Shown: positions 27,836 to 38,281, counted from the first letter of the stretch. The stretch: DNA of 64,000 bases from Acidimicrobiia bacterium (GCA_031385545.1 JANNBN010000166.1:83826-147825); one strand, 5' to 3'. The notes: a model not told the origin generated them from the letters alone. Made by a program: numbers and translations.

Positions 27836-29023
27836 TCAGCTGTTGTGAACGAACTCGGCGTAACAGCCCGTCGGCCCGGGCACGGCAGTCGCGATCGTTG
27901 CAATGACACACGCTGCAGGACGACCAGGGACCTGCGCTGTGTTGTCAGCAGCGAGACCTGAATTGTCCTTGATGGAACCGGTTGGCGTGGTGTCGTACTG
28001 AGCAGTCACCTTGCAACTCGCACCAGCCGGTACGTTGTTGAGTACAAACTGCTGACCGTCCGACAGCGGTACCAACAACCCGCCGCTCGTCGTGCCGGCA
28101 CTGCACTGCACCGTGAGATTGGCTGAGGCGCTGACGATGAAGCTCAGGCTTGCAGCGTTGACGACGGCCATCACCCGGCGAATTGGATTGCCGGCGGTTC
28201 CTGCACTGCGAGCAATCACGAGGCTCCCGAACGGGATCGAGATGACTCCGAGCCCTCCGGCCGACACCGTGAAAGGGATAGCGGGGGCTTCAGCGCACGT
28301 CCCGGGAGTCACCCACGACAGGAGGCGGGCCGACGTGTCCGTGTTGGAGAAGCTCACTCGAATGTTTGCGTTCACGGTCCCCGCAGGAAGTGCCGGCGCA
28401 CAGGGGACGGTCTGGCTCACCTTGCGGGTGATGATCAGATCGCCGACTGCAGCTGGCGGCCCTGTTGTGGTGGTGGTACCTGCGATCGTGGTTGTCGTCG
28501 TTACAGCCGCGATCGTGGTTGTCGTTCCGGCAACTGTCGTCGCCGCAACCGTCGATGGTGTCGTCGCAACAACAGCCGGAAGCCCGGCCGTCACCTTCAC
28601 CTTCAACCGGACCTTCACGGTGGTGCGACCGTCGGAACCGGAAACCGTCAGCGTGGTGGACCCGATCGCTGCAGTCGCATCCGCGGTGGCAACAAGATCG
28701 GTGTCGTCGCCCTCCAACGGGTTCTCGTCGAAGATCATCTTCAGGCCCTTACGGGTGGACGACGACAGCCTGATTGGGCCTTCGAACGTACCGACCCGCG
28801 TGACGAGCACCGTCACCGACGATGACGAACCGCGGCCGACTGTGAGGGTTGAGGCGTCCAACGCCAACTTGAACCGCGGCTTCTTCGAGACGGCCGAGAC
28901 GGGTTGCGCAACTCCTCCGACCACACCTCCAGCCAGTAAGACGGCAACTACTCCGAGCCCGATGATTCGGGTTCGTGCAGCGATCGTGGATCGCAAGCAG
29001 GCTGATCTCCGAAGGGTCATCAT
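27836..29023 (-). CDS. membrane-anchored/secreted surface protein with poly-Thr linker and Cys-containing C-terminal domains, unknown function
   Basis: N-terminal anchor IIGLGVVAVLLAGGVVGGV, beta-rich module, linker TTVAGTTTTIAAVTTTTTIAGTTTTTGPP, C-terminal domains with paired Cys. Confidence 0.55.
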   Translation of the reverse strand: MMTLRRSACLRSTIAARTRIIGLGVVAVLLAGGVVGGVAQPVSAVSKKPRFKLALDASTLTVGRGSSSSVTVLVTRVGTFEGPIRLSSSTRKGLKMIFDENPLEGDDTDLVATADATAAIGSTTLTVSGSDGRTTVKVRLKVKVTAGLPAVVATTPSTVAATTVAGTTTTIAAVTTTTTIAGTTTTTGPPAAVGDLIITRKVSQTVPCAPALPAGTVNANIRVSFSNTDTSARLLSWVTPGTCAEAPAIPFTVSAGGLGVISIPFGSLVIARSAGTAGNPIRRVMAVVNAASLSFIVSASANLTVQCSAGTTSGGLLVPLSDGQQFVLNNVPAGASCKVTAQYDTTPTGSIKDNSGLAADNTAQVPGRPAACVIATIATAVPGPTGCYAEFVHNS

Positions 29024-29089
29024 CGGGCAAAGCTACCCGCTGCGTTTGATTTGTCCAGTACACCACCGCCCGCAGTTTGAGAAAGACGG

Positions 29090-29626
29090 GTGGTCAAAAG
29101 GCGCGACCCGTACAGTGACCTGATGGATCGCAACATGCCGGACCTCTTCGGTGCCGACGAACCAACACTGCTCGCTGGAATGCTGGATTGGTATCGAGCC
29201 GGCGTCCTGGACAAGGTCAGCGGGCTCGGCGACGACCTCGCTCACCATGTCAACCTGGAATCTGAAACCAGTATCGCGGGGTTGACCAAACACTTGGCAC
29301 TGGTCGAGGACAGCTGGTTCGCCAACTTCGCCGGAGTTCCCCACCCCCAGCCATGGAAAGACATCGACTGGGACGCCGACCCGGACTGGGAGTTCCGAAC
29401 CGCCCGCTCAGAGCCGCTCATTGCTTCCGTCGGGCTGTACCGCTTGGCAATCGAACGAAGCAACCTGACCGCGGCGGGCAGGCTGCTCGACGAGATGAGC
29501 CCGGTCGGTCGCCGGGAACCTTTTTCACTGCGGTTCGTCTATGTGCACGTCATCGAGGAAACTGCGCGCCACCTCGGACATCTTGACATTCTGTGCGAAC
29601 AACTCGACGGCAGAGTTGGGCGCTGA
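29090..29626 (+). CDS. DinB-superfamily DUF664 (mycothiol-transferase-like) protein; ATG 29123 is an alternative start
   Basis: LLAGMLDWYRAGVLDKVSGL...TKHLALVEDSWF...IEETARHLGHLDILCEQLDG is the typical DUF664 four-helix-bundle signature with the His triad context. Confidence 0.65.
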   Translation: MVKRRDPYSDLMDRNMPDLFGADEPTLLAGMLDWYRAGVLDKVSGLGDDLAHHVNLESETSIAGLTKHLALVEDSWFANFAGVPHPQPWKDIDWDADPDWEFRTARSEPLIASVGLYRLAIERSNLTAAGRLLDEMSPVGRREPFSLRFVYVHVIEETARHLGHLDILCEQLDGRVGR

Positions 29627-29679
29627 ACAACGACGAAACGCTCGGAACGAAGACCGACCCGAACGAAGACCGAAAGAAA

Positions 29680-29706
29680 AACGGTGCGGCCGAAGCACGC
29701 ACCGTT
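29680..29706 (-). terminator. intrinsic terminator downstream of tRNA-Ala
   Basis: AACGGTGCG-loop-CGCACCGTT (9-bp stem). On the minus strand it is followed by TTTTTCTTTCGG. Confidence 0.55.
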
Positions 29707-29726
29707 CAAAAAACTTCACCTGGTTG

Positions 29727-29799
29727 TGGAGACGAACGGAATCGAACCGTCAACCCCCTGCTTGCAAAGCAGGTGCTCTGCCAATTGAGCTACGTCCCC
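29727..29799 (-). tRNA. tRNA-Ala (anticodon TGC)
   Basis: The reverse complement folds as GGGGACG-TA-GCTC-AATTGGCA-GAGC-A-CCTGC-TTTGCAA-GCAGG-GGGTT-GACGG-TTCGATT-CCGTT-CGTCTCC-A. G3:U70 alanine identity pair present. CCA not encoded. Confidence 0.95.
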
Positions 29800-29902
29800 G
29801 GAAGGAGCCAACAGACTAGCGGCTGACGAGGTGGTGTGTGCACAAGCGGGCGTACCAACCGCTCTTCTCCGCCAGGCACGTGACGCAGGTCGAACAGAAT
29901 CC

Positions 29903-30970
29903 CTACCGCTCGGTCGTTCCTTCGAAACGGGCGCAGCGCACGCCTCGCGCAGCCAATTCCCGCAGGAACGGCGCGGGTTCGTGATACTCACCAACGCTGA
30001 AGCACCCACCGCCAACCGCACCGGACCGCCGCAACGCTCCGGTGAGAACGGCACCAACCGCTACCGCTGCCACAGCACCCGCGGCAACCGACGGGCGGTC
30101 CATGCACGCCAGAACGACCGACGTCTCTTCGCCGTCCATCCGCCCGCGAACCTCGACACGAACCGCCCCCGCACCTGCCTCGGCATGCGGTTTGCGGAGC
30201 ATGGGAAGCCGTGAAGTCAGCCGGTCTCGACGGGTTGCTGCCATCCTTCCGCTGAGCCGATCGGCCTCGGGAAACAGCCGTTGGAGCAGCAGCGCGTCTG
30301 GCAATGCTGCCCGGTAACAATCCGCCCCGCCGATCGGATCAGGGAACCAGACGAGCTCCCGACCGCTCCCGCCGGGCCGGTGCAGCCACGCTCCGTCGCG
30401 GAAGTCATTGGATTCGCCGGACAGCGAGCTGTGGTGCTGACGTGCGCAAGCCGGTCCAGCGGTTCCGTACTTCGAGACATGCACCTCGCGAACGACCTCG
30501 AACCACCCTGCGCCATGAGCGGCAAGGACATCGGTCAGACCGGGTGCAAACCCAGCCCCCAGCACCACGTCGACACCGATGCTTCTCGCCACGGAATCCA
30601 GTTCAGTCAGGCGGCGAACGTCCGCCAGAGAATCAGAAGTCACCACCGCCGGCACCGACTTCGCGACACAGTCCGCCGCAAGGTTGTACTGGTCGGGTGG
30701 TGTTGCGATCAACACCGCGCCGAGCGAACCCAGGTGTTCTCGCACATCCCCGGCCCCCGTGTGCGCTCGCCGACCAAGCATGGCCGCAACCTGAGCAGCA
30801 ACTTTGGGATTGTCATCGAAGAGGAGGACGTGCGACACGCCGCTCACGGTCAACAACTGACGGGCGGCGCGGGCACCGACGGTGCCACAGCCGACGACGG
30901 CCACCGGCCGACCGCCAAGCGATTCATGAAGCTGGGGAGAACCGGCTCCCAGAGAATTGGCCCTACTCAA
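29903..30970 (-). CDS. NAD(P)-binding oxidoreductase, saccharopine-dehydrogenase-like (start uncertain, TTG at 30970)
   Basis: Rossmann N-terminus VAVVGCGTVGARAARQL and GAGFAPGLTDVLAAH, reminiscent of saccharopine dehydrogenase NADP-binding domain proteins. Confidence 0.45.
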   Translation of the reverse strand: MSRANSLGAGSPQLHESLGGRPVAVVGCGTVGARAARQLLTVSGVSHVLLFDDNPKVAAQVAAMLGRRAHTGAGDVREHLGSLGAVLIATPPDQYNLAADCVAKSVPAVVTSDSLADVRRLTELDSVARSIGVDVVLGAGFAPGLTDVLAAHGAGWFEVVREVHVSKYGTAGPACARQHHSSLSGESNDFRDGAWLHRPGGSGRELVWFPDPIGGADCYRAALPDALLLQRLFPEADRLSGRMAATRRDRLTSRLPMLRKPHAEAGAGAVRVEVRGRMDGEETSVVLACMDRPSVAAGAVAAVAVGAVLTGALRRSGAVGGGCFSVGEYHEPAPFLRELAARGVRCARFEGTTER

Positions 30971-31001
30971 GCCATACTCAAGCCATACTCAAGCCATACT
31001 C
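30965..31001. repeat. 11-bp tandem repeat ACTCAAGCCAT x 3.4 overlapping the predicted start codon of the oxidoreductase gene
   Basis: Read directly: ACTCAAGCCAT at 30965-30975, 30976-30986 and 30987-30997, plus partial ACTC. Confidence 0.85.
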
Positions 31002-31158
31002 GGTCCACCGACCGGCGCATCATCGCAGGTCAGGTCCAGACAGCTCGCGCCACCCACCGCTTTTGGGGGGAACGCCGCCAGATCCACGGAGACGAAGGAC
31101 AAAAGCAACCAGACCGGCGAGGCCGATGGCTGTTACAGCACGACGGAGTGCATTCACG

Positions 31159-31232
31159 TGGGGCTAGCTGGAATCGAACCAGCGACCTTCACATTATCAG
31201 TGTGACGCTCTAACCAACTGAGCTATAGCCCC
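31159..31232 (-). tRNA. tRNA-Ile (anticodon GAT)
   Basis: The reverse complement folds as GGGGCTA-TA-GCTC-AGTTGGTTA-GAGC-G-TCACA-CTGATAA-TGTGA-AGGTC-GCTGG-TTCGATT-CCAGC-TAGCCCC-A. Confidence 0.95.
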
Positions 31233-31363
31233 CTTACGGGCATGCGAGCGTACACCACGACAACCGCCGCTCAGCCACGAAAAGCATCGAACGACGCTGG
31301 ACGGCGGTTTCCTACAACTGTTCCGCCGGGCCTCGGCAACCTGCACCCGAACCGGAAACAGGC

Positions 31364-32113
31364 CTATTTCAACTCGCCCCGAAGCCGATCTTCAACGGTG
31401 AGATCGAAGTCGTCGTCGAAGGAGTCATCAGCGAGGGCTGCGAGCCAATCGGCGTCGTCCAATTCGTCGGGAGACTCGGTGAAACTACTTGTCCGCGATG
31501 CAGCTTGACCTGGTGACGGTGCGGGCGGCGGCGAGGGTGGAATGTCGGAAACAGCCGGGTTGACCTTTCGTTTCCGTCTGAAGCGACGCTCGGACGATGA
31601 CCGGGGAGGCGGTGTGGCTCCAACCAATTCCTGAGGTGGCTTTTCACGTTCCGTCGACCGCTTTGCCTTAGCTCGCTGGACCGTTGCTTTCCTGCCGCGA
31701 CGACCCGTGCGTCGGACCTGGTCGTCTTCGACAACACTCATGATGAGACCACCCAACAGGCCGGACAACAGGTTGTACAACGCTGCAAGAAGCACCGTCA
31801 CGACGGTGTTGTGCAGAACGAGGCCGACTGCAATCGTGCACGCGCCCCTGAACAAACTTGCGCCTGAGATTCGGACGCTCTCCGCGAACCCGATGTCGAC
31901 CAGGAAGTTGATCACTCGATCCGTGAAGCCAGCATTTTCACCGATCTTCCACACAAGCGTCAGCACGCCGAGGGAAATAGCTCCGCATATCGCATGGAAA
32001 ACCAACGCAAGTTTGAAGACAGGCCACAGCTCGAACTTGCGAATCCGTTGCCGGACGCGAACCCCAGTGCGACGACGGAACACGAACCTGAGGTTACCGG
32101 GGCAACACGCCAT
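31364..32113 (-). CDS. DUF3566 transmembrane protein (counterpart of the conserved gene downstream of gyrA in actinobacteria) with long charged C-terminal tail
   Basis: RIRKFELWPVFKLALVFHAICGAISLGVL...VLLAALYNLLSGLLGGLIMSV matches the DUF3566 two-helix core. Start placed at ATG 32113. The ORF-track N-terminal 132 aa is Arg/Pro-rich and overlaps the upstream ORF. No clear SD, so the start is uncertain. Confidence 0.6.
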   Translation of the reverse strand: MACCPGNLRFVFRRRTGVRVRQRIRKFELWPVFKLALVFHAICGAISLGVLTLVWKIGENAGFTDRVINFLVDIGFAESVRISGASLFRGACTIAVGLVLHNTVVTVLLAALYNLLSGLLGGLIMSVVEDDQVRRTGRRGRKATVQRAKAKRSTEREKPPQELVGATPPPRSSSERRFRRKRKVNPAVSDIPPSPPPAPSPGQAASRTSSFTESPDELDDADWLAALADDSFDDDFDLTVEDRLRGELK

Positions 32114-32132
32114 GGCGGGGCACGGGGGCCGT

Positions 32133-32690
32133 TCACTGCTCGACTGCAGTCCCGGTGTTGTTTGGCTCCTGCGGATCAAGTGGTTCTGTCGTCGTGGTGG
32201 TCGTGGTGGTCGATGGTTCAGTTGGCGGCGGAGTGGGTGGCGGCGGCGGGTCCCATCGCGCTGAAGCGAGCGCGGAGACATCGTCGAGGACCACCTCGAC
32301 CGTGACCAATCGCGCCGCACCAAGGACTTGTTCGGAGTAGCTGACCATCGCGGCCCCGTTGAGCGATGACAGGCGTTGCGCCTCGGCCTGATCGAAACGA
32401 GCACCGGCCAAGGCTGCAGCATCGGCAGCCTGCTGCGCCTGCGACCGTGCCACCCCGGCGGCAGCCAGTCGGGCCAATCCGAACGCGGCCAAGCCGCAGA
32501 ACAGCACAACGACGACCATCAGGGGCAGAACTGAGCCCGATTCTTGACGGACGGCGCGCCGATGTACCCGAGCGCGGCAACGCAGAGTGCGACGGTAGGA
32601 ACCCGTTCGCTTTGGGTGTTTTGCTGGATCCAACGCGTACATATGACCTCGCAACCGGAGGTGAGCAACAACGCGGACTTCGGGGGTCAA
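32133..32690 (-). CDS. TadE-like (Rv3654c-type pseudopilin-like) membrane protein with Pro/Thr-rich tail; start uncertain (ATG 32690 or 32642)
   Basis: SGSVLPLMVVVVLFCGLAAFGLARLAAAGVARSQAQQAADAAALAGA... then ARLVTVEVVLD follows the pattern of 'helicase/secretion neighbourhood TadE-like' proteins. Tail PPPPPTPPPTEPSTTTTTTTTE. Confidence 0.5.
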   Translation of the reverse strand: MTPEVRVVAHLRLRGHMYALDPAKHPKRTGSYRRTLRCRARVHRRAVRQESGSVLPLMVVVVLFCGLAAFGLARLAAAGVARSQAQQAADAAALAGARFDQAEAQRLSSLNGAAMVSYSEQVLGAARLVTVEVVLDDVSALASARWDPPPPPTPPPTEPSTTTTTTTTEPLDPQEPNNTGTAVEQ

Positions 32691-32726
32691 CGAGAGGGTG
32701 CACGCACCCTGAGATTCGGGCCGGGG

Positions 32727-35213
<2,487 letters not shown>

Positions 35214-35350
35214 GTCAGGTCTCGGTGGTGGTGTGAGGCGCTGTCGGACAAGCTTCGTACGGGTGGTGTGTCTTCGTCTGTGTACAAGTTGTCTGCGTGC
35301 GTGTTGTCAGTATACGTGTTGTCAGTGTGCTGATCAGTTGGGGAAAAGGC

Positions 35351-35368
35351 TGTGGAATCTGTGGGTGA
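35351..35368 (-). promoter_or_regulatory. two abutting DnaA-box-like 9-mers in the gyrB-gyrA spacer (minus strand: TCACCCACA GATTCCACA)
   Basis: The plus strand reads TGTGGAATCTGTGGGTGA. The 15-mer CCACAGATTCCACAG is identical to 38256-38270. Confidence 0.4.
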
Positions 35369-35378
35369 CCGGGCGGGG

Positions 35379-35414
35379 GGTCAGATGTCGGGTCAAACGT
35401 CGGGTCAGATGTCG
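35379..35414. repeat. three tandem 12-bp repeats (GGTCAGATGTCG / GGTCAAACGTCG / GGTCAGATGTCG) spanning the gyrB stop codon
   Basis: Read directly. On the minus strand this gives ...GAC ATC TGA CCC GAC GTT TGA CCC GAC ATC TGA, that is three in-frame stop codons 12 nt apart. Confidence 0.85.
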
Positions 35415-37471
35415 AGGAAGCGAACGTCGTTCGCGTTTTGAATGATGAACTGCTTGCGGCTCTCGACGTCGTCGCCCATGAGGGTGCTGAGGATCTCGTC
35501 GGCGATGGCCGCTTGCTCCACCGTTACCTTGAGCAGCGTTCGCTTCGTCGGGTCGAGGGTGGTGTCTTTTAGCTCTTCCCAGTCCATCTCGCCGAGCCCT
35601 TTGAGGCGGTTGAACTCGTACTTCTTGTTGGGGTGCAGAGCCGTGAACGCGTTCTTGGCAGCATCGTCTTTCAGGTACTGCTTCTCTTTGCCAACCACGA
35701 CCGAGAACAGGGGTGGTTGGGCGATATAGCAGTAACCGGCTTCAACGAGCGGGCGCATCTGGCGGAAGAAGAACGTGAGCAGAAGCGTCCGGATGTGCGC
35801 GCCGTCGACATCGGCATCGCACAACGCAACGACCTTGTGGTAGCGGGCCTTAGCCGGGTCGAACTCGTCGCCCATCCCTCCGCCGATGGCGCTGATGAGT
35901 GCCTGGATCTCCAGGTTTTTCAGCATCTTGTCGACGCGGGCACGCTCGACGTTCAGAATCTTGCCGCGGATCGGCAGAATGGCCTGGACGCGCGGATCAC
36001 GAGCCTTCTGTGCTGATCCCAGAGCTGAGTCACCTTCCACGATGAAGAGTTCGCACTCGCCAGGGGACTTGGAGGTGCAGTCACGCAACTTGCCTGGCAG
36101 CCCGCCGCCACCAAGACCGGTCTTGCGACGGACGAGATCGCGTGCAGATTTGGCTGCGTTGCGGGCCTGTTGCGCAGCGATGGCCTTCTTGACGATGCGA
36201 TTGGCTTCGGTGGGGTTTTCTTCAAGCCACTCGGCCAACTTCTCGTTGGTGGCCTTGTGCACCAGCGTGCGCATGGCCGTGGTGCCCAGCTTGCCTTTGG
36301 TCTGACCCTCGAATTGCGGGTCGCGCAGTTTCACCGAGATGATGGCCGTGATGCCTTCGCGGATGTCTTCACCCGCAAGGTTGTCATCTTTTTCCTTCAG
36401 CAGCGGTTGCTTCCCATCTCGGGCGTACTTGTTGACCACGTTGGTGAGCGCAGCCCGGAAACCTTCGACGTGCGTGCCGCCTTCGATAGTCGCGATGCCG
36501 TTGGCGAACGAGTGAACACCTTCGTAATAACCGGTGTTCCACTGGATGGCGACCTCGGCCTCTCCCACCCCGTCGTCGGCGACCGCCGAGTACGACACGA
36601 CCTTGGCGAACAGCGGTTCCTTGGTCCCGTTGAGGTGCTTGACAAAATCCTTCAGTCCGTCATTGAACTTGAACGTGACCGTGTCGAGCTTGCCGTCACC
36701 GTCCCTGTCCTTGTGGGGCCGTTCATCAGTGAGCACGATTTCGAGACCGGCGTTGAGGAACGCCATCATGCGGAACCGCTCGAGCATCGTCTCGAACCGG
36801 AAGTCGGTCTCCTCGAAGATGGTGGCATCGGGCCAGAACGTGATGGTGGTTCCGGTGCGGTTCCGTGGCGCGTTGCCGATGACTTCGAGCTTTCGCTTCA
36901 GTTTGCCACCGTTGTGAAACTCGCACTCGTGGCGCTTGCCTTCGCGGTCGATGGTGGCCACCAGCCGGCTGGACAGCGCGTTGACAACCGACACACCGAC
37001 ACCGTGCAGCCCGCCAGAAACCTTGTACCCGTCACCGCCGAACTTGCCGCCTGCGTTGAGGACCGCCAACACAATCTCGGCTGCCGACCGGCCCTTCATC
37101 TTGGGGTCTGGATGGGCATCCACCGGGATACCCCGGCCGTTGTCAGATACCTTGCATCCGCCGTCGGCTGTGAGCACGACATCGATCCGGTTGGCGTACC
37201 CGGCCATGGCCTCGTCGACCGCGTTGTCGACCACTTCCCACACGAGGTGATGCAGGCCAGTAATACCCGTTGACCCGATGTACATGCCGGGGCGCTTCCG
37301 GACGTGCTCAAGACCCTCGAGGATCGTGATGTCTTTCGCGCCGTAATCTGATGATGCCTTGCCGGCACGGGCAGCGTTGGCTACCGCAGCCTTTTCAGCA
37401 GCGGCGGCATCAAGATGCGGCGCGTCCTGCCCGAACAAGTGGGCGGCGGTGTTTGCATCGTTCGTAGCCAT
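35405..37471 (-). CDS. gyrB: DNA gyrase subunit B
   Basis: LEGLEHVRKRPGMYIGSTG, GHKL ATPase motifs (DNGRGIPVD, GGLHGVG), Toprim EGDSALG, PLRGKILNVE-type segment (ILPIRGKILNVERA). Start ATG 37471 (MATNDANT). The ORF-track extension is Arg-rich. Confidence 0.97.
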   Translation of the reverse strand: MATNDANTAAHLFGQDAPHLDAAAAEKAAVANAARAGKASSDYGAKDITILEGLEHVRKRPGMYIGSTGITGLHHLVWEVVDNAVDEAMAGYANRIDVVLTADGGCKVSDNGRGIPVDAHPDPKMKGRSAAEIVLAVLNAGGKFGGDGYKVSGGLHGVGVSVVNALSSRLVATIDREGKRHECEFHNGGKLKRKLEVIGNAPRNRTGTTITFWPDATIFEETDFRFETMLERFRMMAFLNAGLEIVLTDERPHKDRDGDGKLDTVTFKFNDGLKDFVKHLNGTKEPLFAKVVSYSAVADDGVGEAEVAIQWNTGYYEGVHSFANGIATIEGGTHVEGFRAALTNVVNKYARDGKQPLLKEKDDNLAGEDIREGITAIISVKLRDPQFEGQTKGKLGTTAMRTLVHKATNEKLAEWLEENPTEANRIVKKAIAAQQARNAAKSARDLVRRKTGLGGGGLPGKLRDCTSKSPGECELFIVEGDSALGSAQKARDPRVQAILPIRGKILNVERARVDKMLKNLEIQALISAIGGGMGDEFDPAKARYHKVVALCDADVDGAHIRTLLLTFFFRQMRPLVEAGYCYIAQPPLFSVVVGKEKQYLKDDAAKNAFTALHPNKKYEFNRLKGLGEMDWEELKDTTLDPTKRTLLKVTVEQAAIADEILSTLMGDDVESRKQFIIQNANDVRFLDI

Positions 37472-37813
37472 CGTGATCAACCTTTCGAAGCGACCAAGAA
37501 ACGGCCGTCTCTGTGGTCCTGAGCCGCGCCGTGCCACAGGCAGTGGCAGGACAGGCGAAGGACGGGACAGAGACGCTGGTACAAGTGCGGCCGGGGTTCG
37601 GCGAGCCCTGTACCGGTCACGCCGCACCCACAGCGACGCACGAGTGCGACGACGGGTCTGGGGGCCGTTTCAAGGTGGGACGAGCCTACCAGCAAGGGTG
37701 TGACACTCGGGTCATTTCAGGCGCTTGTGACCCCTGCTTGCTGAGCGTCAAATGCCTGAATTTTCAACTGAACAGAGCGGTTCCGCATGGCGTTCGAGGG
37801 AAGAGGAGAAGTA

Positions 37814-38230
37814 TCAGGAACGGGTCCGGCGGCGTGATTCCCCATAGCCCGCGGATCGGGTCCACCGGGCGGTCCGCGACGAGGTGTCCGGTGCCGATCC
37901 GGTCGGTCGCTGCACGGTAACCGTGACCGTCGAGATGACAATCGAACCACGAGCCTTGTTGATCCTTCCGGCGATGTCACCGCCCAGAAATCGCAGTTCC
38001 GTTGCCCAGGCCGGCTCGTCGACCGAAACGGTCAACTCTCCGTCCTTCAACCGTTCCGGCCGACTGTGGGCCGCAAGAACCGGACCGACGACTGCTTCCC
38101 AATCCCCGAAGACGGACACCAGCAACTCGGGTGATCCAAGGCCCAGTTGGCGCGCGACTGTCCCCAGGGAATCACCCACGGGTCGCATATCCCCAGGGTC
38201 ATCCACAGGAGTCCATCGTTTCCACGTCAT
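37814..38230 (-). CDS. dciA: DUF721 / DciA-family protein (counterpart of mycobacterial Rv0004, replicative-helicase operator)
   Basis: VSVFGDWEAVVGPVLAAHSRPERLKDGELTVSVDEPAWATELRF is the DUF721 core. Sits between recF and gyrB, with an ATGA overlap with the recF stop. Confidence 0.7.
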   Translation of the reverse strand: MTWKRWTPVDDPGDMRPVGDSLGTVARQLGLGSPELLVSVFGDWEAVVGPVLAAHSRPERLKDGELTVSVDEPAWATELRFLGGDIAGRINKARGSIVISTVTVTVQRPTGSAPDTSSRTARWTRSAGYGESRRRTRS

Positions 38231-38281
38231 TTCATGCTCTCCAACGCGAAACTGTCCACAGATTCCACAGGTTTACCCACA
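38172..38281 (+). promoter_or_regulatory. cluster of six same-strand DnaA-box-like 9-mers straddling the recF stop / dciA start
   Basis: TCACCCACG 38172-80, TCATCCACA 38199-207, GTTTCCACG 38218-26, CTGTCCACA 38252-60, GATTCCACA 38261-69, TTACCCACA 38273-81. Confidence 0.45.

Noticed and set aside
29727-31232. tRNA-Ile plus tRNA-Ala as a sign of an rRNA operon spacer
   Set aside because: No 16S or 23S sequence flanks them. The pair downstream of gyrA and DUF3566 is the known actinobacterial ileT-alaT arrangement.
29600-31300. Possible integrated mobile element at the tRNA genes
   Set aside because: There is no integrase, recombinase or transposase ORF, and I spotted no direct repeat of a tRNA 3' end. 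Only a single metabolic-type gene lies between the tRNAs.
32114-32509. N-terminal 132-aa extension of the DUF3566 ORF (ORF-track start 32509)
   Set aside because: The extension is Arg/Pro/Trp-rich and overlaps the better-looking TadE-like ORF in another frame. An internal ATG at 32113 precedes the conserved domain.
35300-35414. Short tandem and direct repeats here and elsewhere (30965-31001, 53119-53172, 54128-54163, 44943-44975, 12578-12610) as a possible CRISPR array
   Set aside because: Units are 9-15 bp and directly abutting, with no spacers. Most are in-frame low-complexity coding repeats (TTSS, AGK, PSER, DGRAF). No cas genes are present.
37472-37813. 340-bp region upstream of gyrB, examined for promoter elements, a riboswitch or extra DnaA boxes
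   Set aside because: I found only scattered weak CCACA-containing sites and one possible TAGGCT -10-like hexamer with no convincing -35. Nothing I can support without TSS data.
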